From: Nitrospirota bacterium
GTDB lineage: Bacteria; Nitrospirota; UBA9217
NCBI GenBank assembly: GCA_029858565.1
Contig: JAOUEV010000005.1
Span: 1 to 64,000, forward strand
Direction: 5' to 3'
DNA length: 64,000 nucleotides
Positions 18,121 through 27,581 of the stretch are shown here, one piece after another; within the stretch, counting starts at the first letter, position 1; every line of letters starts with the position of its first letter. The position numbers and the translations under genes were made by a program. The notes below the pieces were generated by a model that ran no database searches, was not told where the DNA came from, and was given only the letters and a program-made list of their open reading frames with translations.

Positions 18121-19092
18121 TTACCGTCGTTCGAATTCCTCCCTCGCTTCGCCCAGGTCCTCAAGCAGCTCCAGGGTGGTCTCGTAATAGACCTGCGCTC
18201 CTGCGGAGAAATGCATCAGGATCCGGTTCAATCGCGCAGGGATGTAGGGATAGATTTTCCGGAGGTTCGCCACGCGGTTGTGGAACACGATGTTGACATC
18301 ATCCGACGTGAGCAACTCCAGCTTCGCCGGGTCCGTTGCCAGCAAACGCTGCGTGGTCACGTCGCCTCTGCCGGCAAGGAACACCAGAATGTTGCCCAGG
18401 CCGAAGAGATCATAGGCAAAGCGGCTTTCCCCATGGCGGTAATTGAAGTCATAGTCGATCCACCGGTATCGTCCTGTTGACGCGTCCTTGATCAGATGGT
18501 CCCTGCGGATATCGCCATGCTTTTCCCCGCTGTCGTGAAGGAACCGGATCGCCTCCACAATGCCCAGATACTCGTCGAGCACGATGGGGAAATGGTCGAA
18601 GAAATAATCCTCATGTCCGTTCCCGAGCCCGATCGTGTTCTGGGAAAGCGTCCTTCCCTGAATATAATCCAGGATGCGCAAAGGATTTCCCGTTGAATCA
18701 GCGACCGTGATGCCCTGCATGAACTCGCCCCGCCCCTTCACCAGCTCCAGGATGCGGGCCTCCTTCTGCGGACTCCTGACGCATTCGAACACCAGGCTGC
18801 CGATCCTGGCGTTGAACCGTTCCCTGAAGACCCATTTCAGGATCTTCACCTCTCCGGTCAGCAGATTGATGGCCCGCTTGACCCAGAACTTGGGCTCATC
18901 CTCGATCCCGAACCTGCCTTCGCGCTCGTTGTTCCTGACAAAGTACGGGACATCGCCCAGCACGACCACGTCATCGTAGTCCACGCGAAAGAAATCCGCG
19001 GTGTCCTTGATCCGCACCTTCTTCGGCACCCGGTCCTTCGGCATCCACTTCCGGATCATGGACAGCAGTTCTTTTTCCCCGTATTCGGCCAT
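18121..19092 (-). CDS. Protein-kinase-like (ePK fold) protein
   Basis: EARILELV, HGDIRRDH, WIDYD, DLFGLGNIL. Confidence 0.8.
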   Translation of the reverse strand: MAEYGEKELLSMIRKWMPKDRVPKKVRIKDTADFFRVDYDDVVVLGDVPYFVRNNEREGRFGIEDEPKFWVKRAINLLTGEVKILKWVFRERFNARIGSLVFECVRSPQKEARILELVKGRGEFMQGITVADSTGNPLRILDYIQGRTLSQNTIGLGNGHEDYFFDHFPIVLDEYLGIVEAIRFLHDSGEKHGDIRRDHLIKDASTGRYRWIDYDFNYRHGESRFAYDLFGLGNILVFLAGRGDVTTQRLLATDPAKLELLTSDDVNIVFHNRVANLRKIYPYIPARLNRILMHFSAGAQVYYETTLELLEDLGEAREEFERR

Positions 19093-19327
19093 GAAAGACA
19101 CCCCTGCACCTCAGATTCAATTATATCCTAACCCGAAACCGCGCGTGGCCGTCAGACGCGATGCTGCCGACCAGCAGTTGTCTTTTTTAATGCGGAATTC
19201 CGCGCTCCCCATTCGGTATTTACTCGGTTTTTCCTTGACTTTTCCCGTCGATAACGCTAAGTTCTGATAGTCGTCACCTCCGAAGTTCAGGGGCCCGCTC
19301 GGGCCGGGAAAAGGGGCTCACGGATCC

Positions 19328-20080
19328 ATGTCGTACCACGTCAAACTCGAGATATTCGAAGGTCCCATGGACCTTCTCCTCCACCTCATCAAGAAGCACG
19401 AACTGGACATCTACGACATCCCCATAGCCCCCATCACCCAGCAGTACCTCGAATACATCCAGCTCATGCAAAGCCTGGACATGGAGATCGCCGGCGAGTT
19501 CCTGGTGATGGCTTCCACGCTCACGCATATCAAGTCCAAGATGCTCCTTCCGCCCACGGACACCCCGGACGCCGACGAGGAGGGAGTGGACCCGCGGGCG
19601 GAGCTCATCCGCAGGCTGCTGGAATACAAGCGGTTCAAGGACGCGGCCGCCTCGCTGGAACAGCGCGAGGACGCCTGGTCCCAGGTCTACACCCGCGAGT
19701 CCGAGATCACGCCCGAGCTTCCGGCCGAGGATCAGCCGCTGCTGTTCGACTTCCATCTCTTCGATCTCCTGGCCGCGCTCAGGGACGTGATGAACCGCGT
19801 TCCCGACTCAGGCCTCGAGATCACCGCCGAATCCGTTTCCATCACGGAAAAGATCGCCCATATCCTGTCGCGGCTCGAGAGCGTGGACAGCATGCTCTTT
19901 GCCGATCTCTTTGAAAAGGACACGACGAAAGCCCACGTGATCGCCACCTTCATGGCGCTCCTGGAGCTGATGAAGAACCGCGTTGTCAAGGCCGTCCAGG
20001 TCGAGCAGTTCGGCGCGATCCGGCTCATGAAGTCCGTGAACGAACAGCCGTCGACCATGAACCTCTACGAGGGGATGTAG
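19328..20080 (+). CDS. scpA: Segregation and condensation protein A (kleisin)
   Basis: FEGPMDLLLHLI, EFLVMASTL, KSKMLLP, TFMALLEL. Confidence 0.96.
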   Translation: MSYHVKLEIFEGPMDLLLHLIKKHELDIYDIPIAPITQQYLEYIQLMQSLDMEIAGEFLVMASTLTHIKSKMLLPPTDTPDADEEGVDPRAELIRRLLEYKRFKDAAASLEQREDAWSQVYTRESEITPELPAEDQPLLFDFHLFDLLAALRDVMNRVPDSGLEITAESVSITEKIAHILSRLESVDSMLFADLFEKDTTKAHVIATFMALLELMKNRVVKAVQVEQFGAIRLMKSVNEQPSTMNLYEGM

Positions 20081-20081
20081 C

Positions 20082-20921
20082 ATGGATATCCGTCCGCTGG
20101 CCTTTGACAAGAAGTTCTCGGACATCGAAAAGGCGGTCTACGCCGATCGCACCCTCATCGGCGGCCTGGTGGACCTCCTGGCGGAACGGAACAACGATGT
20201 GCGCACCGGGGTCCTGAACATCCTGTCCCGCGTTGGCTTTGACTATCCCCAGGACACGCGGCCCTACCTGAACGCGCTGATAGCGCTCATGGACGATGCG
20301 GATGCCTTTGTGAAGATCGACGCTGCGAACGCCGTCGCGAACCTTGCCTACCGGTACGAGGACGAGTCCAGCAGGGCCATGCCCTCGCTCCGGAAGCTCC
20401 TGGACCACCCGCAAAGCCTGGTGCGGCAGGAAGCGGCCTATGCCCTGGGAAATATCGGCTTCTCCCATGTGCATCTCGTGAAGGACCTGGTCCCGCGGCT
20501 TATCTCCATGCTCGAGAGCGGGGACGACGATGAACGGGAGGCGGCATCGCATGCGTTGGGCAAGATCGGCATCATCGAACCCCAGCTCATCCGGGGGATC
20601 CTGCCCAAGCTCATCGACGTGCTCCAGTACTCAAAGGAAGCGACCTGCGGCGGCGTGCTCTTTGCCCTGGGGGCCATCGGCCTGCACTATCCGAAGGAAG
20701 TAGCGGACCTGGTGCCCCGGCTGATCCAGTACCTGGACAGCGGCCACCCCAACGCGGTGAAAAACGCCATTGCAGCCCTCGGGAACATCGGCAGCTCGAA
20801 CCGCGAACTGGTCGCGGACGCACTCCCCTTGATCCGGAAGCATCTGGAGAGTTCGGACCTGGACGTGAAGATGAACGCCAAGGTGGCCCTGGGACGGCTC
20901 GGCGATCCGGCGGGGATGTAA
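20082..20921 (+). CDS. HEAT-repeat protein (about 7 repeats, 37-aa period)
   Basis: Repeated VR.AA.ALG.IG motif; starts 1 nt after the scpA stop. Confidence 0.9.
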   Translation: MDIRPLAFDKKFSDIEKAVYADRTLIGGLVDLLAERNNDVRTGVLNILSRVGFDYPQDTRPYLNALIALMDDADAFVKIDAANAVANLAYRYEDESSRAMPSLRKLLDHPQSLVRQEAAYALGNIGFSHVHLVKDLVPRLISMLESGDDDEREAASHALGKIGIIEPQLIRGILPKLIDVLQYSKEATCGGVLFALGAIGLHYPKEVADLVPRLIQYLDSGHPNAVKNAIAALGNIGSSNRELVADALPLIRKHLESSDLDVKMNAKVALGRLGDPAGM

Positions 20922-20939
20922 CAGTAAAGAACTTTTTTT

Positions 20940-21032
20940 GCCACGGATTTACACGGATACACACGGATGGCAAGATCATAGCTTCCAGGCCTGACTCGTT
21001 TTATCCGTGTCCATCTGTGTCCATCCGTGGTT
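20940..21032. repeat. Inverted array of 10-bp repeats (CACGGAT type)
   Basis: CCACGGATTT ACACGGATAC ACACGGATGG ... TTATCCGTGT CCATCTGTGT CCATCCGTGG. Confidence 0.88.
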
Positions 21033-21062
21033 AATATATTTTCTTTATCGAGGTAGGAAAAT

Positions 21063-21746
21063 TTGGACGATACGCAATTGAAATCTGCCCTGGAGGCGCT
21101 CCTGCTCATCAGTGGCACACCGTTGACCGTTGATCGCTTCAAGGGGATCTTCGAGGAATCGACAAAGGAACAGATCGAGGAGCAGCTCCAGGCGCTCAAA
21201 TCAGAGTATGAGGCGCGGAACGCTGGTATCATGCTGGCTGAAGTGGCCAATGGATGGCAGCTGGCCACCTGCGCCGAGCAGGCACCCTGGATCAGGAAGT
21301 TCCGGACCGTCAAGGTGAGCACGCGGCTGTCCCGTCCCGCTCTCGAGACCCTGGCCATCATCGCCTATAAACAGCCCATCACGCGGCCGGAGATCGAGGG
21401 AGTCCGCGGAGTGAACATCGGCGGAATCGTGCGCAACCTGATGGAGCGCCGCCTCGTGAAGATCGTCGGCAAGAAGGACGTTCCGGGCAAACCGATGCTC
21501 TACGGCACCACCGCCGAGTTCCTGCAGTATTTCGGCCTAAAGGACCTTTCGTCCCTGCCCACGCTGAAGGAATTCCAGGAGCTGGACGCGGGCGAGGACG
21601 CCATGATCGCTGAACAGACCGGCGCGGAGACCGCGGAGGAAGAAGCCTCTGCGGAAGGATTGCCGTCGCCGGACGATACCGAGGCCGCTGACAGGCAGGA
21701 AGAATCGGCGGATGCGGTCGCATCGGAGGCACCACACCAGGGATGA
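21063..21746 (+). CDS. scpB: Segregation and condensation protein B (KITE)
   Basis: LEALL, LSRPALETLAIIAYKQPITR, RGVN, YGTTAEFLQYFGL. Confidence 0.96.
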   Translation: MDDTQLKSALEALLLISGTPLTVDRFKGIFEESTKEQIEEQLQALKSEYEARNAGIMLAEVANGWQLATCAEQAPWIRKFRTVKVSTRLSRPALETLAIIAYKQPITRPEIEGVRGVNIGGIVRNLMERRLVKIVGKKDVPGKPMLYGTTAEFLQYFGLKDLSSLPTLKEFQELDAGEDAMIAEQTGAETAEEEASAEGLPSPDDTEAADRQEESADAVASEAPHQG

Positions 21747-22687
21747 TCGAGCTTCAGGACGCGCTCCGGAAGAAGGAGATCTGGGCCATCGGCGGCGGCA
21801 AGGGCGGGATCGGCAAGAGCCTGATCACCGGCAATATCGGGATCACCCTGGCCCGGCTCAAGAAGAAAGTGCTGCTCGTTGACGCGGACCTGGGCGGAGC
21901 CAATCTCCACACCACGCTCGGGATCGGCGTGCCGGAAATGACGCTCTCCGATTTCCTGAACCGCCGCGTCGAGAACATCAACGATGTCATCATCAAGACC
22001 GTCATCCCCAATCTCTCCCTCATCAGCGGCGCCCAGGACTTCCTGGATGCCGCAAATCCAAATTTCGCACAGAAGACCCGGCTGCTCCGTCATCTCGAGA
22101 CCCTGGACGCGGACTACATCCTCCTCGATCTCGGCGCGGGAACCTCCTATAATATCCTCGATTTCTTCCTTTTCTCGGATCACGGCATCCTCGTGGTCCT
22201 GCCCGAGCCAACAGCCATCGAGAACGCCTACCGGTTCATCAAGAGCGCCTTCTACCGCCGGTTCAAGAAGGTCGTCGCGGACCAGCAGATCAAGGACCTC
22301 ATTGACGCGGCCATGGACCAGAAGAATACCATGGGCATCCGCACGCCCTTCGACCTGATCGAACGGATCAAGGGCATGGATCGGGAGGTGGGCGATATCC
22401 TGGAGCTCGAGGTGAACAAGTTCCGGCCCAAGCTGGTGGTGAACCAGGTCCGCACCAAGAACGACGTCCAGATCGGCTTTTCCATGAAAAGCGCCTGCCA
22501 GAAGTATTTCGGCATCAACCTGGAATACCTGGGGTACGTGGAGTATGACGACTGCGTGTGGCAGTCCATCCGCAGCAAACGCCCCCTTGTGGTAGAATAT
22601 CCCTATTCACGGCCGGCAAGGTGCATCGAGCGTATCGTCCACAACCTGCTGCGCAAGGAGCAGATGACGCTCAGCATGCTGTACTGA
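21743..22687 (+). CDS. MinD/FlhG-family P-loop ATPase
   Basis: GGKGGIGKS, VDADLGGANL, DLGAG, PEPTAIENAY. Confidence 0.9.
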   Translation: MIELQDALRKKEIWAIGGGKGGIGKSLITGNIGITLARLKKKVLLVDADLGGANLHTTLGIGVPEMTLSDFLNRRVENINDVIIKTVIPNLSLISGAQDFLDAANPNFAQKTRLLRHLETLDADYILLDLGAGTSYNILDFFLFSDHGILVVLPEPTAIENAYRFIKSAFYRRFKKVVADQQIKDLIDAAMDQKNTMGIRTPFDLIERIKGMDREVGDILELEVNKFRPKLVVNQVRTKNDVQIGFSMKSACQKYFGINLEYLGYVEYDDCVWQSIRSKRPLVVEYPYSRPARCIERIVHNLLRKEQMTLSMLY

Positions 22688-22693
22688 AAAATT

Positions 22694-23377
22694 ATGCTCA
22701 AAAAAATCGAGGACATGAACCACTATGAGCTCCTGGAAGTGAGCCCCCGGGCCACGGCGCAGGAGATCCATAAGGCTTATGAACGTATCCGCAAGATCTA
22801 CGATCCAAACTCCATTGCCCTGTACTCGCTTTTCTCTCCCGAAGAGACCGAGATCATCCGCCAGCGCATCGAGGATGCCTACCGCACCCTGATCTATGAC
22901 GAGAACCGGAGGGCATACGACCTTTCGCTTCGCTCCCTGCCGGATGCGCTGCCGCCCGACCATCCCCGTCAGCGCACCTTTGCAACGCCTCTGCCGCCAT
23001 CCCCGCGGACCGAACCGGTCCGGACGCCGGAGCCCCATCACCAGGACCCCCGTCCGGTCCCCCACGCGCCTGAGACCGCTGCCGCACAGGAACCTCTCCG
23101 GTCCGCGCCGGCGGACATCACCGAGTTCACAGGCCCGATGCTCAAGATGCTGCGCGAACAGCGTGGCCTGAGCGTCCAGAACATCGCGGACATCACCAAG
23201 ATGAGCACCCGGTACATCGAATCCATCGAGAGCGAGAACTACCAGAAACTCCCTGCACGGCCCTATCTTCGCGGGTTCCTGGTGATCTACACCAAGGCAG
23301 TGGGATATGAACCGGACCGGATCGTAACCGATTATATGCGGCGATTCGACGCGGCCAGGAATCCGGCGAAGAAATGA
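22694..23377 (+). CDS. J-domain-like protein (no HPD) with a C-terminal RodZ-like HTH
   Basis: HYELLEVS...EIHKAY...AYRTL; LKMLREQRGLS...LPARPYLRGFL. Confidence 0.85.
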   Translation: MLKKIEDMNHYELLEVSPRATAQEIHKAYERIRKIYDPNSIALYSLFSPEETEIIRQRIEDAYRTLIYDENRRAYDLSLRSLPDALPPDHPRQRTFATPLPPSPRTEPVRTPEPHHQDPRPVPHAPETAAAQEPLRSAPADITEFTGPMLKMLREQRGLSVQNIADITKMSTRYIESIESENYQKLPARPYLRGFLVIYTKAVGYEPDRIVTDYMRRFDAARNPAKK

Positions 23378-23447
23378 AGCAACAGTGATACAGCGGCAAG
23401 CCGTAAGGAGTAAGCGGTCGAAACATCAACAACCAAGGGAAAAAAGG

Positions 23448-23477
23448 AAAAGGCAGCCGAATCAGCTGCCTTTTTTG
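23448..23477. terminator. Intrinsic terminator between convergent genes
   Basis: AAAAGGCAGC-CGAATCA-GCTGCCTTTTTT. Confidence 0.75.
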
Positions 23478-23496
23478 CATCTCCTCTTCGGCCCGG

Positions 23497-23796
23497 TCAT
23501 TTTCCCGGAAAGGGCCGGAACAATCCCGTGGTATCCCACTCCGATACTTTAACAACATCCTGCTGACGAAACCAGAACCGTGCGCAGGCCGTGCATCGTT
23601 CCATCTTAACAGGCCCGGGGACCGACTCGATCAACCCAAGGCCGCACCGGGGACAGCGCATCCAAAATCGTTCTGCCTCTCCCGGGTCTATCTCGTTGCG
23701 ATCACGCCTTCGTTCCCTGACGGTGGAACCGGAACGCCGCCGCGTTTTGTTCGGCTGAGGCCTGGTATTCTTTTTCACTTCCTGCGATCTCACCAT
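23497..23796 (-). CDS. Small Zn-ribbon (zf-TFIIB-like) protein
   Basis: WMRCPRCG...ERCTACARFW; AGGAG RBS. Confidence 0.65.
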   Translation of the reverse strand: MVRSQEVKKNTRPQPNKTRRRSGSTVRERRRDRNEIDPGEAERFWMRCPRCGLGLIESVPGPVKMERCTACARFWFRQQDVVKVSEWDTTGLFRPFPGK

Positions 23797-23839
23797 CGCG
23801 CTGCTCCTTCTCGGGGACGGATCACCGACCTTCCGGAAT

Positions 23840-24301
23840 TTAATATTTTACCGTTATGCCAGCAAGCTCTTCCCTCGTCAATTCAGAAAATCGTTTAAGC
23901 GTCCACACGCCGACCCAGGCCTTGAACAGGCCAAGGTTTCGCTGCCGTTCCTCTTCATTGGCGCCAAGGTATTCGTACATATTGCCCGCCTTGCCATCTT
24001 TCGTGTTCTTCCCGTCGTCAAGCCGACGCATGATCGCTCCACTGTCAGGCCAGCCTGCATAGCTTGCAAGGTGGGCATAGCTGTCCATCTTCGGGCCGAG
24101 CCCTTTTTTCTTGAATCCCTCCCTGTCCTTCTTGAAATCATCATGCTCCGGCGCGTCCTTACCATGACAGGATACGCATCGATCGTCAAAGAGCTTCTTT
24201 ATGTGCGTCGAATACCGGATATCCTCTCCGCCTGCACGTGCAGCTGTGAACAGCAGTATCCCCGCGCAAACCAGCGCCATTCCCGCATCTTTATTCTGCA
24301 T
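23840..24301 (-). CDS. Secreted mono-haem cytochrome c
   Basis: Signal peptide, CVSCH. Confidence 0.85.
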   Translation of the reverse strand: MQNKDAGMALVCAGILLFTAARAGGEDIRYSTHIKKLFDDRCVSCHGKDAPEHDDFKKDREGFKKKGLGPKMDSYAHLASYAGWPDSGAIMRRLDDGKNTKDGKAGNMYEYLGANEEERQRNLGLFKAWVGVWTLKRFSELTREELAGITVKY

Positions 24302-24371
24302 AGTCTTTACGCGTTCCTTTCAAGTATAGAATCAATCTAGCCGTCCTTATGCCTGCTTGACGCTCGCCCCG

Positions 24372-27300
24372 TTACCCTTTTTCGGCGCCCGGCAATTCTC
24401 TCCTCTTCCACAAAAGATAGATCGCCGGGTAGACCGTGAGCTCCAGGATCTCCGAGGTGATGACCCCGCCGACCATGGGCGCGGCAATGCGTTTCATCAC
24501 GTCGGCGCCTGCTCCGTGGCTGAACATGATCGGCACCAGCCCGGCCAGGATCACGCCCACGGTCATGAGCTTCGGCCGGACCCGCTTGACCGCACCTTCC
24601 ATGATCGAGTCCTTCAGATCCTGGAGGGTGTTCATCCTGCCTTCTTTTTTCCATTTATCGTGAGCAATATCGAGATAGAGCAGCATCACCACGCCGGTCT
24701 CGGCATCAAGCCCTGCCAGCGCGATCAATCCCACCCATACCGCGATGCTCATATTGTATCCCAGGTACCAGAGGAACCAGAAGGAGCCCACGAGCGAGAA
24801 CGGCACCGCAAGCAGCACGATCATGGTCTTGACCCAGGACTTGGTGTTCAGGTAGAGCAGTACGAAAATGATCCCGAGCGTGAGCGGAATCACGACCTTC
24901 AAGCGCTCATGGGTCTTGACCAGGTACTCGTATTCCCCGCTCCATTGGAGCCGGTAGCCTGCCGGCAGCTTCACCGTCTGGCTGACCTTTTTCTGAAGCT
25001 CTTCCACATACCCGCCGACATCGCGGCCGCTGAAATCGATATACACATAGTTCGCGAGCAGGCCTTCCTCGCTCTTGATCTGCGTCGGACCCTGCACGAT
25101 CGCAACGTCGGCGAGCGATCCAAGTGGTACGTAGGACACGCTTCCCGATGGTGATGCGCCCATACCGCTTGCCGCGGCCTGCCGCTCGACCGGCACCAGG
25201 ATGCGGCGGATCAGATCGATGTCGCTGCGCATTTCCCGGGGATACCGAACGTTCACGGAGTAACGCTCCCGTCCTTCAACCGTGGTGGTAAGCGTCATGC
25301 CGCCCAGAGCGCCGGCGACCACGGACTGGACGTCATCCATGGAGAGGCCGTAACGGGCGATCTCCTCGCGCTTTGGCCGGATGTCGAGAAAGTACCCGGT
25401 CATCAGGCGCTCGGCATAGGCGCTGCGCGTGCCCCGCACGTTCTTTACCGCCGCTTCCACGTCGCGCGATACCGTATCGAGCACATCAAGTTTCGGCCCC
25501 AGCACCTTGACTCCCACGGGGGTGCGGATGCCCGTGGCAAGCATATCCTGCCGGGCCTTGATCGGCATGGTGAATGAGTTCGCGACCCCGGGGATCTGGA
25601 CCGCGTCATTCAGCTCGTTCTTGATCTTCTCAATGTCCATCCCCTTACGCCACTGGCTCTCGGGTTTCAGGTTCACCACGGTCTCGAACATCTCCACGGG
25701 AGCTGGATCGGTCGCGGTCTCCGCTCTGCCCGCTTTGCCGAACACCTGGGATACCTCGGGAACGGTCATGAGCATCTTGTCCTGTATCTGAAGCAGCCGC
25801 GAAGCCTCGGAGATCGAGAGCGCCGGAACGGTCACCGGCATGTAGAACAGCGTGCCTTCGTCCAGCGGCGGCATGAACTCCGTGCCGAGCTTTATGCCGG
25901 GTATGACGGTCACACCGAACATGGGCGGCACAAAGATAAGGATCGTGACGATCACGAGCGCCATGGCTGCCAGGATGACCGGCTTGCTGTACCGGAGCGA
26001 GAACGCCACGCGCGGCCGGTAGACCTTGTTGACGGCGCGGACAATGGGATTTTCATCCTCGGGTTTCACCTTCCCGCGCAGGAACAGGGTCATCAAGACC
26101 GGCGTGAGCGTGATGGCCAGGAAGGACGCAAAAAGCATCGCAAATGTCTTGGTAAAGGCCAGGGGTTTGAACAGCCTGCCTGCCTGCGCCTGGAGCGTGA
26201 AGACCGGCAGGAAGCCCACGGTGATCACGAGCAGGGAGAAGAAGAGCGACGGCCCCACCTCCTGCGCCGCCTCGATGATCACCTCGGTCCGCGACCCGGG
26301 CCTGCCCGCGTGCTCCCACTCCTCGAGCTTCTTGTGCGCATTCTCGACCATGATGATCGAAGCGTCCACCATGGCGCCGATGGCGATAGCGATGCCGCCG
26401 AGGCTCATGATGTTCGAGGTCACGCCGAGGTAGTACATGCAGATGAAGGAGATGATGATCGCGATGGGAAGCGTCAGGATGACGACCAGCGCGCTCGGCA
26501 GATGGAACAGGAACACGATACAGACCACGCTCACCGCAATAGCAAGCTTCACGATCTCCTCGGTCAGCGTGTGTATGGATCTCCGTATGAGGTCGCTCCG
26601 GTCGTAGGTGGTAACGATCTTGACGCCTTCGGGCAGCGACGGCTGAACATCCTTCGCGATCTTCTCCTTTACCCGGTCGATCACGTCCAGCACATTCTCG
26701 CCAAAGCGGACCACCACGATGCCGGCTGCCACTTCACCCTTTCCATCGAGGTCGGCGAGCCCCCGCCGGATCTCCGGGCCGACGGACACCTCCGCCACGT
26801 CGCGAAGGTAGATCGGCGTGCCGCCGGGGCCGGAGCCAACGGATATTTCCTGCAGGTCCTTGACGCTCGTTACGTATCCCCTGCCGCGCACCATGTATTC
26901 GGTGCCGGCCAGTTCCAGGACGCGGCCCTCCACATCGATATTGCTCTTCCGCACTGCTTCCATGACCTTCATGAGAGAGATGCCGTAGGACGCCAGGCTG
27001 TTCGGATTCACCGTGACCTGGTACTGCCGCACATACCCGCCGACGCTCGCGACCTGCGAAACGCCGGGCACGCTCTCGAGCGCGAGCTTGATGTTCCAGT
27101 CCTGGAGCGAACGGAGACGGGAAATATCCTGACCGCCGGTCTCATCCACCAGGGCGTAGGAGAAGCCCCAGCCCAGGCTCGTGGCATCGGGGCCGAGCAC
27201 CGGGCTCACGTCAACCGGGAGCTTGCCGCGCACCGACTGCAGGTATTCGAGAACGCGGCTCCGGGCCCAGTAGATGTCCGTGCCTTCCTCGAAGATCACA

Positions 27301-27581
27301 TAGATGAAGGAGCTGCCGAGGAACGAGAAGCCGCGCACTGCCTGCACTTTGGGCGCTGCCAGCAGGGTGGAGGTGATGGGATAGGTCACCTGGTCCTCGA
27401 CCAGGTTCGGGCTCCTGCCCACCCAGTCGGTATAGATGATCACCTGCGTGTCCGAAAGGTCCGGCAGCGCGTCCAGCGGCAGATGCTGGATCGTCCAGAG
27501 CCCCCAGAGAAGCAGGAAGCCCGTCACAAGGAAAACAAAGAACTTGTTCCGGCCGCTGTATGCAATGATCTTGGAAATCAT
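24372..27581 (-). CDS. cusA: CusA/CzcA-family heavy-metal RND permease
   Basis: DALPDLSDTQV, IYWARSRVLEYL, GAMVDA, FMPPLDEG, DPAPVEMFET, RVRPKLMT. Confidence 0.95.
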   Translation of the reverse strand: MISKIIAYSGRNKFFVFLVTGFLLLWGLWTIQHLPLDALPDLSDTQVIIYTDWVGRSPNLVEDQVTYPITSTLLAAPKVQAVRGFSFLGSSFIYVIFEEGTDIYWARSRVLEYLQSVRGKLPVDVSPVLGPDATSLGWGFSYALVDETGGQDISRLRSLQDWNIKLALESVPGVSQVASVGGYVRQYQVTVNPNSLASYGISLMKVMEAVRKSNIDVEGRVLELAGTEYMVRGRGYVTSVKDLQEISVGSGPGGTPIYLRDVAEVSVGPEIRRGLADLDGKGEVAAGIVVVRFGENVLDVIDRVKEKIAKDVQPSLPEGVKIVTTYDRSDLIRRSIHTLTEEIVKLAIAVSVVCIVFLFHLPSALVVILTLPIAIIISFICMYYLGVTSNIMSLGGIAIAIGAMVDASIIMVENAHKKLEEWEHAGRPGSRTEVIIEAAQEVGPSLFFSLLVITVGFLPVFTLQAQAGRLFKPLAFTKTFAMLFASFLAITLTPVLMTLFLRGKVKPEDENPIVRAVNKVYRPRVAFSLRYSKPVILAAMALVIVTILIFVPPMFGVTVIPGIKLGTEFMPPLDEGTLFYMPVTVPALSISEASRLLQIQDKMLMTVPEVSQVFGKAGRAETATDPAPVEMFETVVNLKPESQWRKGMDIEKIKNELNDAVQIPGVANSFTMPIKARQDMLATGIRTPVGVKVLGPKLDVLDTVSRDVEAAVKNVRGTRSAYAERLMTGYFLDIRPKREEIARYGLSMDDVQSVVAGALGGMTLTTTVEGRERYSVNVRYPREMRSDIDLIRRILVPVERQAAASGMGASPSGSVSYVPLGSLADVAIVQGPTQIKSEEGLLANYVYIDFSGRDVGGYVEELQKKVSQTVKLPAGYRLQWSGEYEYLVKTHERLKVVIPLTLGIIFVLLYLNTKSWVKTMIVLLAVPFSLVGSFWFLWYLGYNMSIAVWVGLIALAGLDAETGVVMLLYLDIAHDKWKKEGRMNTLQDLKDSIMEGAVKRVRPKLMTVGVILAGLVPIMFSHGAGADVMKRIAAPMVGGVITSEILELTVYPAIYLLWKRRELPGAEKG

